This document shows positions 22,869 to 31,638 of a DNA stretch of 64,000 nt, piece by piece. The DNA is taken from the IMG/VR virus record IMGVR_UViG_3300006163_000001. One strand, given 5' to 3'. Position numbers and translations under genes: made by a program. Within the stretch, counting starts at the first letter, position 1; each line of letters starts with the position of its first letter. This DNA is from a virus. The notes under the pieces are model-generated. The model had not been told where the DNA came from, ran no database searches, and saw nothing but the letters and a program-made list of their open reading frames with translations.

Positions 22869-24127
22869 CGGGCCTCCCTCGGCTGCTGCGCGGCGGCGGG
22901 CCCCGTGCACGTGATGGGCGCCTCGCTGCTGATCCGGTCGGTGAGCGGGAGTTCGAACGGGGTGCGTCCGCAGCAGGGGGTGAGGCCGGAGCCGTCGGGC
23001 GGGCAGCCGTGCACGACCTCGGGCTGCTGCGCGACGGCGGGCGCGGGCTCGGCGGCCTCCCAGTTGTGCCAGTCCTCGCCGCCGTCCGGGCAGGCCGTAC
23101 ACCGTCCGGGGCTGACCGGGTCCTCGCCGTCCTCGTGGACAGCCTCGGGGTGGCCGCACTCGGCACACAGGGCGGGCGCGGACTCGGCGGCCATACGGCG
23201 CAGCTCCGGGTTGTCGTCGAGGAACTTCTCAGCGGTGGCGTCCCCGGCGGACTGTTCCAGCCGCCACAGGAAGTCCCGCAGCACGGTGGCCCGGTACTCG
23301 GCCACCAGTCCCAGCCGTCGGGCAACGGGATCCTGATCGAGCGGCGGGAGCCCAAGCTCCGTGGCCCGGTCGTGGATGGCGTCCCACGGCGCGCCCGTCC
23401 CCAGCCCGAGCGCATCGGACAGGGCGAGGCGGTGCTCCTCGGCGGGCGCGGGCAGCACAGCGTCGAGGGCGGCGTGTACGGCGTGCCAGATCATGGCGTT
23501 GCGTCCGACGACGGTGACGGGCAGGAAGTCGACTGGCTGCTTCCGGAGGTAGGCGAACACGGCGTCGTAAGCGGGCTTGCGCAGCACGGCCCGGTCGGTG
23601 GCGGCCAGGGGCGCGCCACACCCGGGATCACACGCCACGACGCGGTGGCAGCCCTCGTCGAACTTGCAGACGGGCGCAGCCTGGTCGGTGGTGGCGTAGT
23701 ACGGGTCGCGGCCGTGCACGCCCTCGCCGGGACCGAACCGGGCGCCAGGCTGGTCGGTGGCGGGCTTCCCGCCGTGGACGCACTCGCCTGCGTCGGTGTC
23801 GCACGCGGTCTCGGACTGGCCCTCAGCGAGACAACGGCCGGAGATGGACGCGACGCACTCGCGGTCGGTGGCGGGCGCCACCCCGGCAGACACGGCGGGG
23901 GCCGCGGCAGCGTCAAGCCGTTCCCGCACACGCAACGCCCGCAGCACCGCGTAGGCGTGATGCAGCGGCACGCCAGGCACCGCAGCCCGGATGCGCTGCG
24001 CCATCGCCCTGTCGGACGCGTTCCACTCGGCGATCTGCTCGGGCGTGGGCCGGTCGTTGGCCACGGCGGCCATCGCGCGGCGGATTCCTTCGAGGCGCCC
24101 GGCGAGGCGGTCGGTGGGTTCGGTCAT
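22865..24127 (-). CDS. hypothetical Cys-rich protein (420 aa)
   Basis: Long ORF with realistic composition. Contains the motif LPPLDQDPVARRLGL, which is shared with gene 52581-52964. Confidence 0.8.
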   Translation of the reverse strand: MTEPTDRLAGRLEGIRRAMAAVANDRPTPEQIAEWNASDRAMAQRIRAAVPGVPLHHAYAVLRALRVRERLDAAAAPAVSAGVAPATDRECVASISGRCLAEGQSETACDTDAGECVHGGKPATDQPGARFGPGEGVHGRDPYYATTDQAAPVCKFDEGCHRVVACDPGCGAPLAATDRAVLRKPAYDAVFAYLRKQPVDFLPVTVVGRNAMIWHAVHAALDAVLPAPAEEHRLALSDALGLGTGAPWDAIHDRATELGLPPLDQDPVARRLGLVAEYRATVLRDFLWRLEQSAGDATAEKFLDDNPELRRMAAESAPALCAECGHPEAVHEDGEDPVSPGRCTACPDGGEDWHNWEAAEPAPAVAQQPEVVHGCPPDGSGLTPCCGRTPFELPLTDRISSEAPITCTGPAAAQQPREAR

Positions 24128-24192
24128 GGTCGTCTCCTGGTCGTTCCGGTGTCGGTTTCGTTCACGCGGCCCTCAAAGCCGCTGTGCGGCCC

Positions 24193-24477
24193 TCAGAGCG
24201 GCGTTGCGGCCTCGGCGGCTCCCGGCGGGCCTTCAACGCCCGCCAGCCGCTCAGGCGCGCCCCCAGCACCCTCCACGGGCACCAGATGCGCGCCGCCACA
24301 CACCGCGCAGTCACCCGGCGTCAACCAGGCCGCCGCAGCAGACAACGCCGGCCCCAGGGACGCCCGCGCCAAATCGGCGCTCGCAAACCGCGGCAGACCC
24401 GTAGGACACGGCGGACGGCGAACCGTGCGCGGCGGATGGGGCAGCCAGGGGCGGCGGCGGGGGTTTCCGGGCGACAT
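24193..24477 (-). CDS. hypothetical protein (94 aa)
   Basis: ATG overlaps the MTase stop (TGATG). MSPGNPRRRPWLPHP...TPGDCAVCGGAHLVP. Composition is only moderately convincing. Confidence 0.45.
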   Translation of the reverse strand: MSPGNPRRRPWLPHPPRTVRRPPCPTGLPRFASADLARASLGPALSAAAAWLTPGDCAVCGGAHLVPVEGAGGAPERLAGVEGPPGAAEAATPL

Positions 24478-25472
24478 CACGCGGCCACCCCCAGCGCCGG
24501 CGCAGTGGCCGCCTGGGCGAGCGCTGCGGCGAGCGGGACCGGGCAGGCGTTCCCACATTGCTGCGGGATGTCGTTGCCGCTCCACGGCCAGTCGGCGGGG
24601 AAGCCCTGCAGCAGTCCGGCCTCCGACGGGGTGAGCCGCGGGAGTTCCCGGCCGTCGAGGTCGACAAGCCGCAGCCGGCTGATCTTCCCGGTGACGGTGA
24701 AGGCGGGTTCGAGGTGTGTGCGCCGGCCGCGGTTGCGGGGGTCGCCGCCGGTGCCGTAGTTGGAGATCACCGTGAACGGGCCGCGATGCGGAAGGACGTC
24801 GGCCATGGACCGCCACGGCAGCAGACGGACGTCTCCCGCGTCCTGGGCGATCCCGCGGCGGTACGGGCGATGCGTCGGCTCCGGCAGTCGGGCCTCACCG
24901 ACGAGGCGGGCGACGAGAACAGCCCGGCGGCGGGTCTGCGGCACCCCGAACTGCTCGGTGCGCAGAATCCCGGTGGCCACCGAGTAGCCCTCGGCGCGCA
25001 GGACTTCCGCGTAGGCGTTCCACACCTGCTGCACCTGCTGCACCTGCTCCAGCACAACCGCCTCGTAGGGGCGGCCGGCGTCGGCGGCCTCAAGGGCCCA
25101 CCGCAGCGGCTCCAGGACGAGCCCGGTGCGCTCGTCCTCGAAATCCTTCAGCGCCTGGGCGATGCCTTTCCGGGCGGCGAGCATCTGCGCCAAACCGAGG
25201 ACGACATCAAGGGCCTTCCTTCCCCGCCCTATGCCACCAACAGAGAACGGCTGGCACGGCGGGGAGCCGATGAGGTCGGTGGCGTCCGGGAAGTCGGCTG
25301 GCCCATAGGTGCGCACGTCGCCCTCGACGGTTCCCAGGCTGGCGGCCCTCCGCGTCTCGCAGGCGGCGTGATCGCGTTCGATGCCGACTACGCGGAGCCC
25401 GAGCCGGGTGGCCCCGACGTCCCAGCCGCCCGGACCTGCGAACAGGTCGACAGCCTGGCGCGCGCCCGGCAT
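24477..25472 (-). CDS. DNA (cytosine-5)-methyltransferase
   Basis: Motifs DLFAGPGGW (I), SPPCQPFS (IV), LEQV (VI), QTRRR (VIII) and QCGNACPVPLA (X). Confidence 0.9.
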   Translation of the reverse strand: MPGARQAVDLFAGPGGWDVGATRLGLRVVGIERDHAACETRRAASLGTVEGDVRTYGPADFPDATDLIGSPPCQPFSVGGIGRGRKALDVVLGLAQMLAARKGIAQALKDFEDERTGLVLEPLRWALEAADAGRPYEAVVLEQVQQVQQVWNAYAEVLRAEGYSVATGILRTEQFGVPQTRRRAVLVARLVGEARLPEPTHRPYRRGIAQDAGDVRLLPWRSMADVLPHRGPFTVISNYGTGGDPRNRGRRTHLEPAFTVTGKISRLRLVDLDGRELPRLTPSEAGLLQGFPADWPWSGNDIPQQCGNACPVPLAAALAQAATAPALGVAA

Positions 25473-26548
25473 CACGCCGCCACCTGCCCTGCCAGGAACG
25501 GCACGCCCGAGGCGGCACCCGCCACATGGGCGGCGAGCAGCGGGGGGACGGCGTTGGCTATCTGGAGGAACTGCTTCGACTGGCTGCCGTGGAACGGATG
25601 CGTGGGGCGGAAGCTCTGGAGGACGGCCGCCTCGGAGATGAGCAGGGGGCGCTTCTCCAGTGCGTCCTCGCCATCGACTTTGACCCACTCGTAGTCGTGG
25701 CGGGCGTGCCCGGCGACCAGGGTGGCCGCCGGCTGGTCGATGCGGCGCACAGTGGCGTTCGAGCGCTTGCTGTGCCGCAGCACCCACCAGGAACGGCACT
25801 TCTCGGTGAGCGCCCACGACGGCTCGTCGACGGGGAAGTTGTTGCCGCCGGGCGTCTTCCGGTCGCCACGGGTGTTGATCTCAAGGCCGGGCTCTAGGCC
25901 GAGAGCCTGGGCCATGGTCACCCAGGGCAGCCGGGTGAAGCCGAACAGGTCGGTTTCGGTGTTCTCGCCGTGTGTCGGGTCCGGTGCGCTCACATCCCGA
26001 ACGCGGGAGGCGATCAGGATGGCGCGACGCCGGGTCTGCGGAAGCCCGTAGTCGGCGGCGTTCAGCACGCCGGTCCACACGCTGTAGCCCCAGCCGCGGA
26101 GGATGCCCGCGTACTGCTTCCACAGGAGCAGCACGTCGGGGACCTGCTCCATGCACACCCATTCGGGCCGCAGATCATGCAGCCACCGCATCGGCTCCGC
26201 GGCCAGGATCGACTTGTCGTCCTTGCAGGCAGCCTTCACCCGGGCCCGGGTGTCACGGCCGTGGGCGAGATCTTCGACAGCCTGGTAGACGAGCGGCAGA
26301 TCGGCGAGACCGCCCAGCTTGCCGGCCCGCGAAAACGGGGTGCACACCGGCGAGGAGATCTTGCCTGTGATGCGGCCGCGGAACGGTGCGGTGGGGTACT
26401 GGGTGACGTCGCACCGGATGGTGAGGTGGCCGGCGGCGTGCGCGGTGCGGCAGGCGTCGGCGTCGAGCTCCAGGCCGACGTCGGTGAGGCCGAGCAGGCG
26501 GAGGCCTTCGGACCAGCCGCGCGGGCCGCTGAACAGGTCGACGATCAC
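25472..26548 (-). CDS. C5-MTase-like paralog with non-canonical motifs
   Basis: DLFSGPRGW (I), SSPVCTPFS (IV, Val-Cys rather than Pro-Cys), MEQV, QTRRR, IANAVPPLLA. GTG preceded by GGAGACGG. Confidence 0.8.
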   Translation of the reverse strand: MIVDLFSGPRGWSEGLRLLGLTDVGLELDADACRTAHAAGHLTIRCDVTQYPTAPFRGRITGKISSPVCTPFSRAGKLGGLADLPLVYQAVEDLAHGRDTRARVKAACKDDKSILAAEPMRWLHDLRPEWVCMEQVPDVLLLWKQYAGILRGWGYSVWTGVLNAADYGLPQTRRRAILIASRVRDVSAPDPTHGENTETDLFGFTRLPWVTMAQALGLEPGLEINTRGDRKTPGGNNFPVDEPSWALTEKCRSWWVLRHSKRSNATVRRIDQPAATLVAGHARHDYEWVKVDGEDALEKRPLLISEAAVLQSFRPTHPFHGSQSKQFLQIANAVPPLLAAHVAGAASGVPFLAGQVAA

Positions 26549-26616
26549 GCGCCGTCTCCGTTCCGGTGGTTGGTGTGCATGGGGTGCTCCTGGTGTCGCG
26601 GGTAGGGTGCGGGGCA

Positions 26617-26647
26617 GAGCTGGGCGCGTTAACGGCGCGCCCAGCTC
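26617..26647 (-). terminator. strong stem-loop just upstream of the MTase pair
   Basis: GAGCTGGGCGCG-ttaacgg-CGCGCCCAGCTC, 12-bp stem. Confidence 0.55.
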
Positions 26648-26695
26648 GCGGCGTTCACGGGGCGGGAATGGCGGGCCAGGTAGCGAGCTCGACGG

Positions 26696-26992
26696 TCATG
26701 CGACGCCTCCCGTCTGCGCGGCAACCCACGTCCGATGCGCGGCCCGGGCGTAGATCCCGGCAGCCAGCCACTCGGCGGTGGCCTTCGCTGCGGCTTCCTT
26801 GCGCCAGCCGCGCTTGGCCGGGCGGGGGTAGAGCTCGCCGTCCTGCCAGCTGTCGCCGCAGTGGCAGCAGGTGGTGGTGACGCCGTACCAGACCTCGTCC
26901 TGCCAGAGCATGCGGCGGCGGGTCTTGCAGGTGGGGCAGCGGAAGATCCGGCGGATGTTGTACCGGCGGGCACGGCAGACGATGACGTTCAC
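26696..26992 (-). CDS. zinc-ribbon protein (98 aa)
   Basis: GTG with GTGA overlap. CPTCK...CCHCG. Confidence 0.6.
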   Translation of the reverse strand: MNVIVCRARRYNIRRIFRCPTCKTRRRMLWQDEVWYGVTTTCCHCGDSWQDGELYPRPAKRGWRKEAAAKATAEWLAAGIYARAAHRTWVAAQTGGVA

Positions 26993-27276
26993 GCGGCTTC
27001 TCCTGTCTGAGGTCGGTGGGTGGCGCGGCTGTTGGGGTTGCCGCCGCATCGGGCGCACGTGCACTGGTCGGCGGGCGGGGTGGGGCCGGTGACGGCGGTG
27101 CCGAGCGGCCAGCCGCCGGTGTGGGCGATCCGGTAGCCCGGTGACGGCACTGCGGCCAGGGTCGGCTTCGGCTTGGCCGTCTCGGGCCGCTGCACCGCGT
27201 TCACGAGGCCGAGCAGGTAGTTCTTCAGGTCGCCCTGCTGGCGCATGACGGCGATGTCTTCGATCTCGGGATTCAT
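26989..27276 (-). CDS. hypothetical protein
   Basis: 95-aa ORF that overlaps the DnaB stop. Confidence 0.6.
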   Translation of the reverse strand: MNPEIEDIAVMRQQGDLKNYLLGLVNAVQRPETAKPKPTLAAVPSPGYRIAHTGGWPLGTAVTGPTPPADQCTCARCGGNPNSRATHRPQTGEAA

Positions 27277-28640
27277 CAGGGGGCCGCCATATCGACGAAC
27301 TGGGCAAAGTGGAGTTGGGCAGCGACCGTCACGGTGCCGATCTGGCCGCCGCGATGCTTGTCGACGATCAGGTCGGCTTCGCCGGCCCGCGGGGACTCGC
27401 GCTCGTAGGCGTCGTCGCGGTGGAGGAGGATGACGATGTCGGCGTCCTGCTCGATGGAGCCGGATTCGCGAAGGTCGGATTTGGTGGGCCGCTTGTCCTG
27501 GCGCTGTTCGGGCCCGCGGTTGAGCTGCGCCAGGATGATCACGGTGATGCCGAATTCGCGGGCGAGGAGCTTGATGCCGCGGCTGAGCTTCGACACCTCG
27601 TTCTGCCGGTTCTCCGCCTTGGGCGCGGTCATCAGCTGGAGGTAGTCGACGATGACGAGGCGCAGCCCGTCGGTTCGGACGTGCTGGCGGACCTTGGCGC
27701 GCAATCCGGGCAGGGTCAGGCTGGACACGTCGTCGATGAACAGGGGGGCTGCGGCGATGCGCTGTCCGGCTTCGGCGGCACGGACCACGCCGGCGTCGTC
27801 AACGATGCCCTGCTTGAGGTGGTGCAGGGCGATGCGGGCTTCGGCGCACAACAGCCCGTTGGCGATCTCGTCTTCGCTCATCTCCAGGGTGTGGAACAGG
27901 CTGGCGATGCCGTTCTTGACGGCGGCGGCTCGGGCGAACCCGGCCGCGATCGTCGACTTGCCCATGGCGGGCCGAGCGCCGATGACGACCATCTGGCCGG
28001 GCGCCCATCCGCCGCAGAGCAGGGCGTCGAGGTCCATGAAGCCGGTCGGGATGCGGTCTTCTTTGGAGGGCGGGGTGATGCAGCGTTCCAGGGCGGCGCC
28101 GATCAGTTCGCGGACGTGCTTGGCCTGGCGTGCCGCGTCGGGCTTTGCGACGCCGTCGAGGGCGTCCTGGAGGGCGGCGACGTCGGTGTCGGGGTCGAAG
28201 GCGGCGCTGTTGCCGCGACTGGCGGCGTCGTGGCCGAGGGCGACGATGCGGGCGGCGACGGCCTTGTCGGCGACCTTCTTGGCGTACCAGGCGGCGGCGC
28301 CGGGCTGGGCGTAGTCGTAGATCTGGCGGAGGTCTTGTTCGAGGAGGGGGCGGGCGACCATGCGGCCGTCGGCGTGCCAGGTCTCGAGCTGGCGGGCTAC
28401 GGGCAGGTAGCGGATTTCGCCGTCGCGGAAGCTGGTGCGGAGTTCTTCGACGGCGTACCAGACCCACCGGTACTGCTCGGTGCTGATGTCGGCGGGGTCG
28501 AAGCCTTCTGCGGCGAGTTCGTCGACGACGTCGGGGCGGGCCATGGCGGAGGCGATGAGGACTTTCTCGGCCTCCTGGTCGCGGGGCATTTTGGGGCCGA
28601 TGTCTTCGATGGCGTCGGCCCAGTCGATCTCGGTGGTCAC
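27276..28640 (-). CDS. dnaB: replicative DNA helicase DnaB
   Basis: GTG with GTGA overlap. N-terminal PRDQEAEKVLIAS, Walker A GARPAMGKST, Walker B LVIVDYLQLM, and ILAQLNRGPEQR. Confidence 0.9.
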   Translation of the reverse strand: MTTEIDWADAIEDIGPKMPRDQEAEKVLIASAMARPDVVDELAAEGFDPADISTEQYRWVWYAVEELRTSFRDGEIRYLPVARQLETWHADGRMVARPLLEQDLRQIYDYAQPGAAAWYAKKVADKAVAARIVALGHDAASRGNSAAFDPDTDVAALQDALDGVAKPDAARQAKHVRELIGAALERCITPPSKEDRIPTGFMDLDALLCGGWAPGQMVVIGARPAMGKSTIAAGFARAAAVKNGIASLFHTLEMSEDEIANGLLCAEARIALHHLKQGIVDDAGVVRAAEAGQRIAAAPLFIDDVSSLTLPGLRAKVRQHVRTDGLRLVIVDYLQLMTAPKAENRQNEVSKLSRGIKLLAREFGITVIILAQLNRGPEQRQDKRPTKSDLRESGSIEQDADIVILLHRDDAYERESPRAGEADLIVDKHRGGQIGTVTVAAQLHFAQFVDMAAP

Positions 28641-29362
28641 GCGGCCACACCCCGGCGGCGGTCGTCGCCCTTGAAGACGACGCGCTGGCACATCTCGATG
28701 AGCCGGCTGGTGACCCGGTCGCCGAGGCGTTCGGCGATCTCCTTCGGTAGCAGGTTGGAGGTGATGAGCGTCGGCATGTGGTGCTCGTACCGGTAGTTGA
28801 TCAGCCGGAAGTTGACCTCTTCGGTGAACTCGGTCGGCTTGCGGTCGGCGCCGAGGTCGTCGATGAGGAGGATGCGGGCGTCGCGGTAGTGGCGGAACTC
28901 GGCTTCGGAGTCGACGCCGTGGCGGGGGCGCAGGGCGGCGTACAGGTCGGCGGTGGTGGTGACGCCCCAGCGGGCGGCGACGCCGGTGAGGGCGAGTTCG
29001 CGGATGGCACCGTAGGCCTGGTGCGTCTTGCCGGTGCCGGTCGGGCCGAGCAGCAGCAGGGAGCGGCCTTCGAAGACGGAGGCGACGGGGGCGCCGCGGC
29101 TGGCCTGGTCCTCGCGGGCGGTGGCGACGAGTTCCTGCAGCCAGGTGTGGATCTCGGGGCTGTCGACGGACGCGGCCCGGTAGTGGGCGGGTACGAGCTT
29201 GGCGGCCTCGACGATGGAATAGCGGGCGATGTTGGCCGGGTGATACGGGTCGCTGTCACCGGAGTTGAGCCAGTCGAGGCTGACGCCGCGGGCGGCGAGC
29301 AGCTGCTCAAGGTGGTAGCGCTTCGGGTTGATCGGCGGAGTCCACTGCACGGTCAGTTCCAT
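28637..29362 (-). CDS. DnaC/IstB-like AAA+ helicase loader
   Basis: Walker A GPTGTGKTH and Walker B LLIDDLG. Confidence 0.85.
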   Translation of the reverse strand: MELTVQWTPPINPKRYHLEQLLAARGVSLDWLNSGDSDPYHPANIARYSIVEAAKLVPAHYRAASVDSPEIHTWLQELVATAREDQASRGAPVASVFEGRSLLLLGPTGTGKTHQAYGAIRELALTGVAARWGVTTTADLYAALRPRHGVDSEAEFRHYRDARILLIDDLGADRKPTEFTEEVNFRLINYRYEHHMPTLITSNLLPKEIAERLGDRVTSRLIEMCQRVVFKGDDRRRGVAA

Positions 29363-30249
29363 CCCTGGTCGTAGTCGGAGTCGTTCTCGGGGTTGCGGTG
29401 CGGGCCGCTGGGCGGCTGGGTGTCGATCGGGTCGTCGTAGCTGCCGGCGTCGAGCCAGGTGCTGGAGTACGGCGTGAATTGCTGGTCTTCGTTGCGGCGG
29501 GCGAAGGCGTAGGCCTTGGCGGCTTTGACGATGTGGCCGGGATCGGCTCCGCGGTCGAGAGCGTCACGCCATGCCTGCTTGGTCTTCTGCGGCTTCATGG
29601 GCCGCGGGTAGCAGACCCAGAACTCGGCGAAGACGGGCCAGTGGTAGTCGCGCTCTTCGTCCGTAGCGGCTGCGCGTGACGAGTCGCGGGCGCCGTAAGA
29701 GTCTTTTGGTTCAGCTCTTGGTTCTGTCTTTTGGTTTGGGTGACGTCCACGTCGCCCCTCCTGCGACGTGGACGTCACCCCATCCGCGACGTCGGCGTCA
29801 CCCCTGACGTCCACGTCACCCCTGACGTCCACGTCACCCGTCAAATCGGACGCGACATCTTCTGAGCTGGGCTTCTTTTTCCCGCCGCGCCGACGGGATG
29901 ACGCCAGCGTCACCCGTGACGTCCGCGTCACCTCATCTGCACTGGCGCGGCCTCCCGGAACGGTGCGCTCGAGAGCGAGGTCGTAGACCTCCGGACGCTT
30001 CCCCTCGGGAAGGTGTGCAGCCTTCGACTGGTCGCCGAGGCGGATGAAGCCGAGCTCTCGCAGCTGCTTGAGGTCACGCTGGACGGACCGCTCGGCCTTG
30101 CAGGTGTACGCGGCCAGCCGGGCCACGGACGGGTACGCCCCGCGGCCCTTCTTGTCGGCGTGACGCGCAAGCCCGCTCAGCGTGGCGACGAGCTGCGCCG
30201 GCATCGGCGGAGCCTTTTCGAGTGCCCAGTCCATGGCCTCAGTGCTCAC
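29353..30249 (-). CDS. replisome organiser / replication initiator (N-terminal wHTH, repeat-encoding linker)
   Basis: N-terminus MDWALEKAP...PSVARLAAYTCKAERSVQRDLKQLRELGFI. Its position upstream of the loader and helicase fits this role. The linker reads DVDVRGDVDVRGDADV. Confidence 0.75.
   Translation of the reverse strand: MSTEAMDWALEKAPPMPAQLVATLSGLARHADKKGRGAYPSVARLAAYTCKAERSVQRDLKQLRELGFIRLGDQSKAAHLPEGKRPEVYDLALERTVPGGRASADEVTRTSRVTLASSRRRGGKKKPSSEDVASDLTGDVDVRGDVDVRGDADVADGVTSTSQEGRRGRHPNQKTEPRAEPKDSYGARDSSRAAATDEERDYHWPVFAEFWVCYPRPMKPQKTKQAWRDALDRGADPGHIVKAAKAYAFARRNEDQQFTPYSSTWLDAGSYDDPIDTQPPSGPHRNPENDSDYDQGWN
29701..29840. repeat. iteron / inverted-repeat cluster inside the organiser gene (candidate origin)
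   Basis: GTCTTTTGGTT x2 (29701, 29726). 16-bp perfect IR GTGACGTCCACGTCGC / GCGACGTGGACGTCAC (29740-29778). 18-bp unit CGTCACCCCTGACGTCCA x2.5 (29796-29840). Confidence 0.65.
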
Positions 30250-30408
30250 TTCGGGTCTCTTCTCAAGGAGGGGTGTCTCTGCTGGTCATTCGCTGTTTTG
30301 AGGCAGCCCTCATGGGGGCGATGCGGTTCGTGTTGCCAGTGATTCGCTCGCCATTGAATTGTACAACGCGACGGACATTACATCCACGCTCATGTGTATG
30401 CTGGTCTC

Positions 30409-30708
30409 ATGAGTGAGTCCGGGATCCGACAGCTGGGCGTCTCCGAAGCCCGCGCGAACATGACCGAGGTCATCGCCGAAGTGCGCCTGCTCGGCCATCC
30501 CGTGGCGCTCACTCGACGGGACAAGCCGCAGGCCATGCTGATTTCCATGGACCGCTGGAAGGCTGCCGTCCTTGACGCGGAGATCCGGCCCATCTACGAC
30601 GACCTCGTGCGCCGGCTGAACAAGCTCGCCAACGACCCCGAGTTCGCCTCGGTCCTTGAGCGCAAGGACGCGACGCTCCTCGAAGTGCTTGAGAGCGGCA
30701 CTCTCTGA
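30409..30708 (+). CDS. Phd/YefM-family antitoxin-like protein (solitary)
   Basis: MSESGIRQLGVSEARANMTEVIAEV...VALTRRDKPQAMLISMDRW. Opposite strand to its neighbours, with no adjacent toxin ORF. Confidence 0.7.
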   Translation: MSESGIRQLGVSEARANMTEVIAEVRLLGHPVALTRRDKPQAMLISMDRWKAAVLDAEIRPIYDDLVRRLNKLANDPEFASVLERKDATLLEVLESGTL

Positions 30709-30734
30709 CTCCACGCCCCTCCTCCCTTCCTCCT

Positions 30735-30755
30735 GGGCCCCGCTGTGCGGGGCCC
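30735..30755. terminator. bidirectional stem-loop
   Basis: GGGCCCCGC-tgt-GCGGGGCCC, 9-bp stem. Confidence 0.6.
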
Positions 30756-30765
30756 TCGTCGTGTC

Positions 30766-31638
30766 CTAGGCGGCGAGCTCGGCGTCTGCCGGTTCGTCGG
30801 CGGGCTGATGGCCGCGGCGTGCCTGGTGGGCCCTCTTGGCGCGTTCACGGAGCACGACGTTGAGCTGGTCGGTGGTGTACTTCTCGTTGGCGCCGAGCTG
30901 CTTGGCGATGGACGGCACGGATTCACCGAGCAGGTAGAGGTGTTCGATCTCCGCTTTGCGCAGGGAGTCTCGGCCGTTCTTCGCGGCCGGCTTGTAGGTG
31001 GGCAGCCGTTCGGGCTTCGCGGTGGGGTCGTCGATGTTTCCGTCCCAGGCGAAAGGGCCGCTCCAGCCGCGGCGGCGCGCGAGATAGGGGGCGCGACGGG
31101 AGGGGCCTGGCTGCCAGCGGAGCTTTTCGTAGAGGGCTGCCATGCCCTGGGCGACGGCGGCGCTGACGGTGGTCGGCTCGTGGTAGAGGATCCGGCCGAG
31201 GTGGTTGGTCGCCATGGGCACGCCTTCGGCGATGGCGTAGATCGGGTAGCCGATGGCGTGGAGGGCTTGGCCGCGGCGGATGGTGCCGGTGCTGTCTACG
31301 CGCGCGTTCATGGGGGTGCCGGTCGGGCCTGGTGAGCGCAGGATGCGGGCGGCGACGCGTGGTGCGATGGTGGGCTGCCCGCGGAGGAGCTTGGAGATGT
31401 CGCCGGATTTCTTGCCGACGGCGTCTCCGATCTGCGTCTGGCTGTAGCCCTGGTCGACCCAGTCCTGCAGGCGGGCGCGGACGGGCGTTGCGTCGACGCG
31501 CACGGGCTGGCGGACGGTTCGCATTCGGTACTGCTTGCAGTAGCGCTTGTTGGCGTTGATGCAGGGCAGGCAGCGGCAGCCGCGCATGTAGCGGGGGCGC
31601 TTTCCATGCGGCGGCAGCGGCTTGGCGGCGGTGGTCAT
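30766..31638 (-). CDS. DNA-binding protein with two HTH-like segments
   Basis: ATG preceded by GGGGAGA. CRCLPCINANKRYC, then GYSQTQIGDAVGKKSGDISKLLRG and SVPSIAKQLGANEKY. Confidence 0.7.
   Translation of the reverse strand: MTTAAKPLPPHGKRPRYMRGCRCLPCINANKRYCKQYRMRTVRQPVRVDATPVRARLQDWVDQGYSQTQIGDAVGKKSGDISKLLRGQPTIAPRVAARILRSPGPTGTPMNARVDSTGTIRRGQALHAIGYPIYAIAEGVPMATNHLGRILYHEPTTVSAAVAQGMAALYEKLRWQPGPSRRAPYLARRRGWSGPFAWDGNIDDPTAKPERLPTYKPAAKNGRDSLRKAEIEHLYLLGESVPSIAKQLGANEKYTTDQLNVVLRERAKRAHQARRGHQPADEPADAELAA

Noticed and set aside
29796-29840. Possible CRISPR-like or minisatellite array (18-bp unit repeated).
   Set aside because: There are only 2.5 contiguous copies with no spacers, and they lie inside a CDS. 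They are interpreted as iterons and a repeat-encoded linker. No CRISPR array is seen anywhere in the window.
30709-30765. Toxin gene partnered with the Phd/YefM-like antitoxin.
   Set aside because: The 57-bp gap contains only a terminator hairpin, and the next gene is on the opposite strand. No toxin ORF is present.
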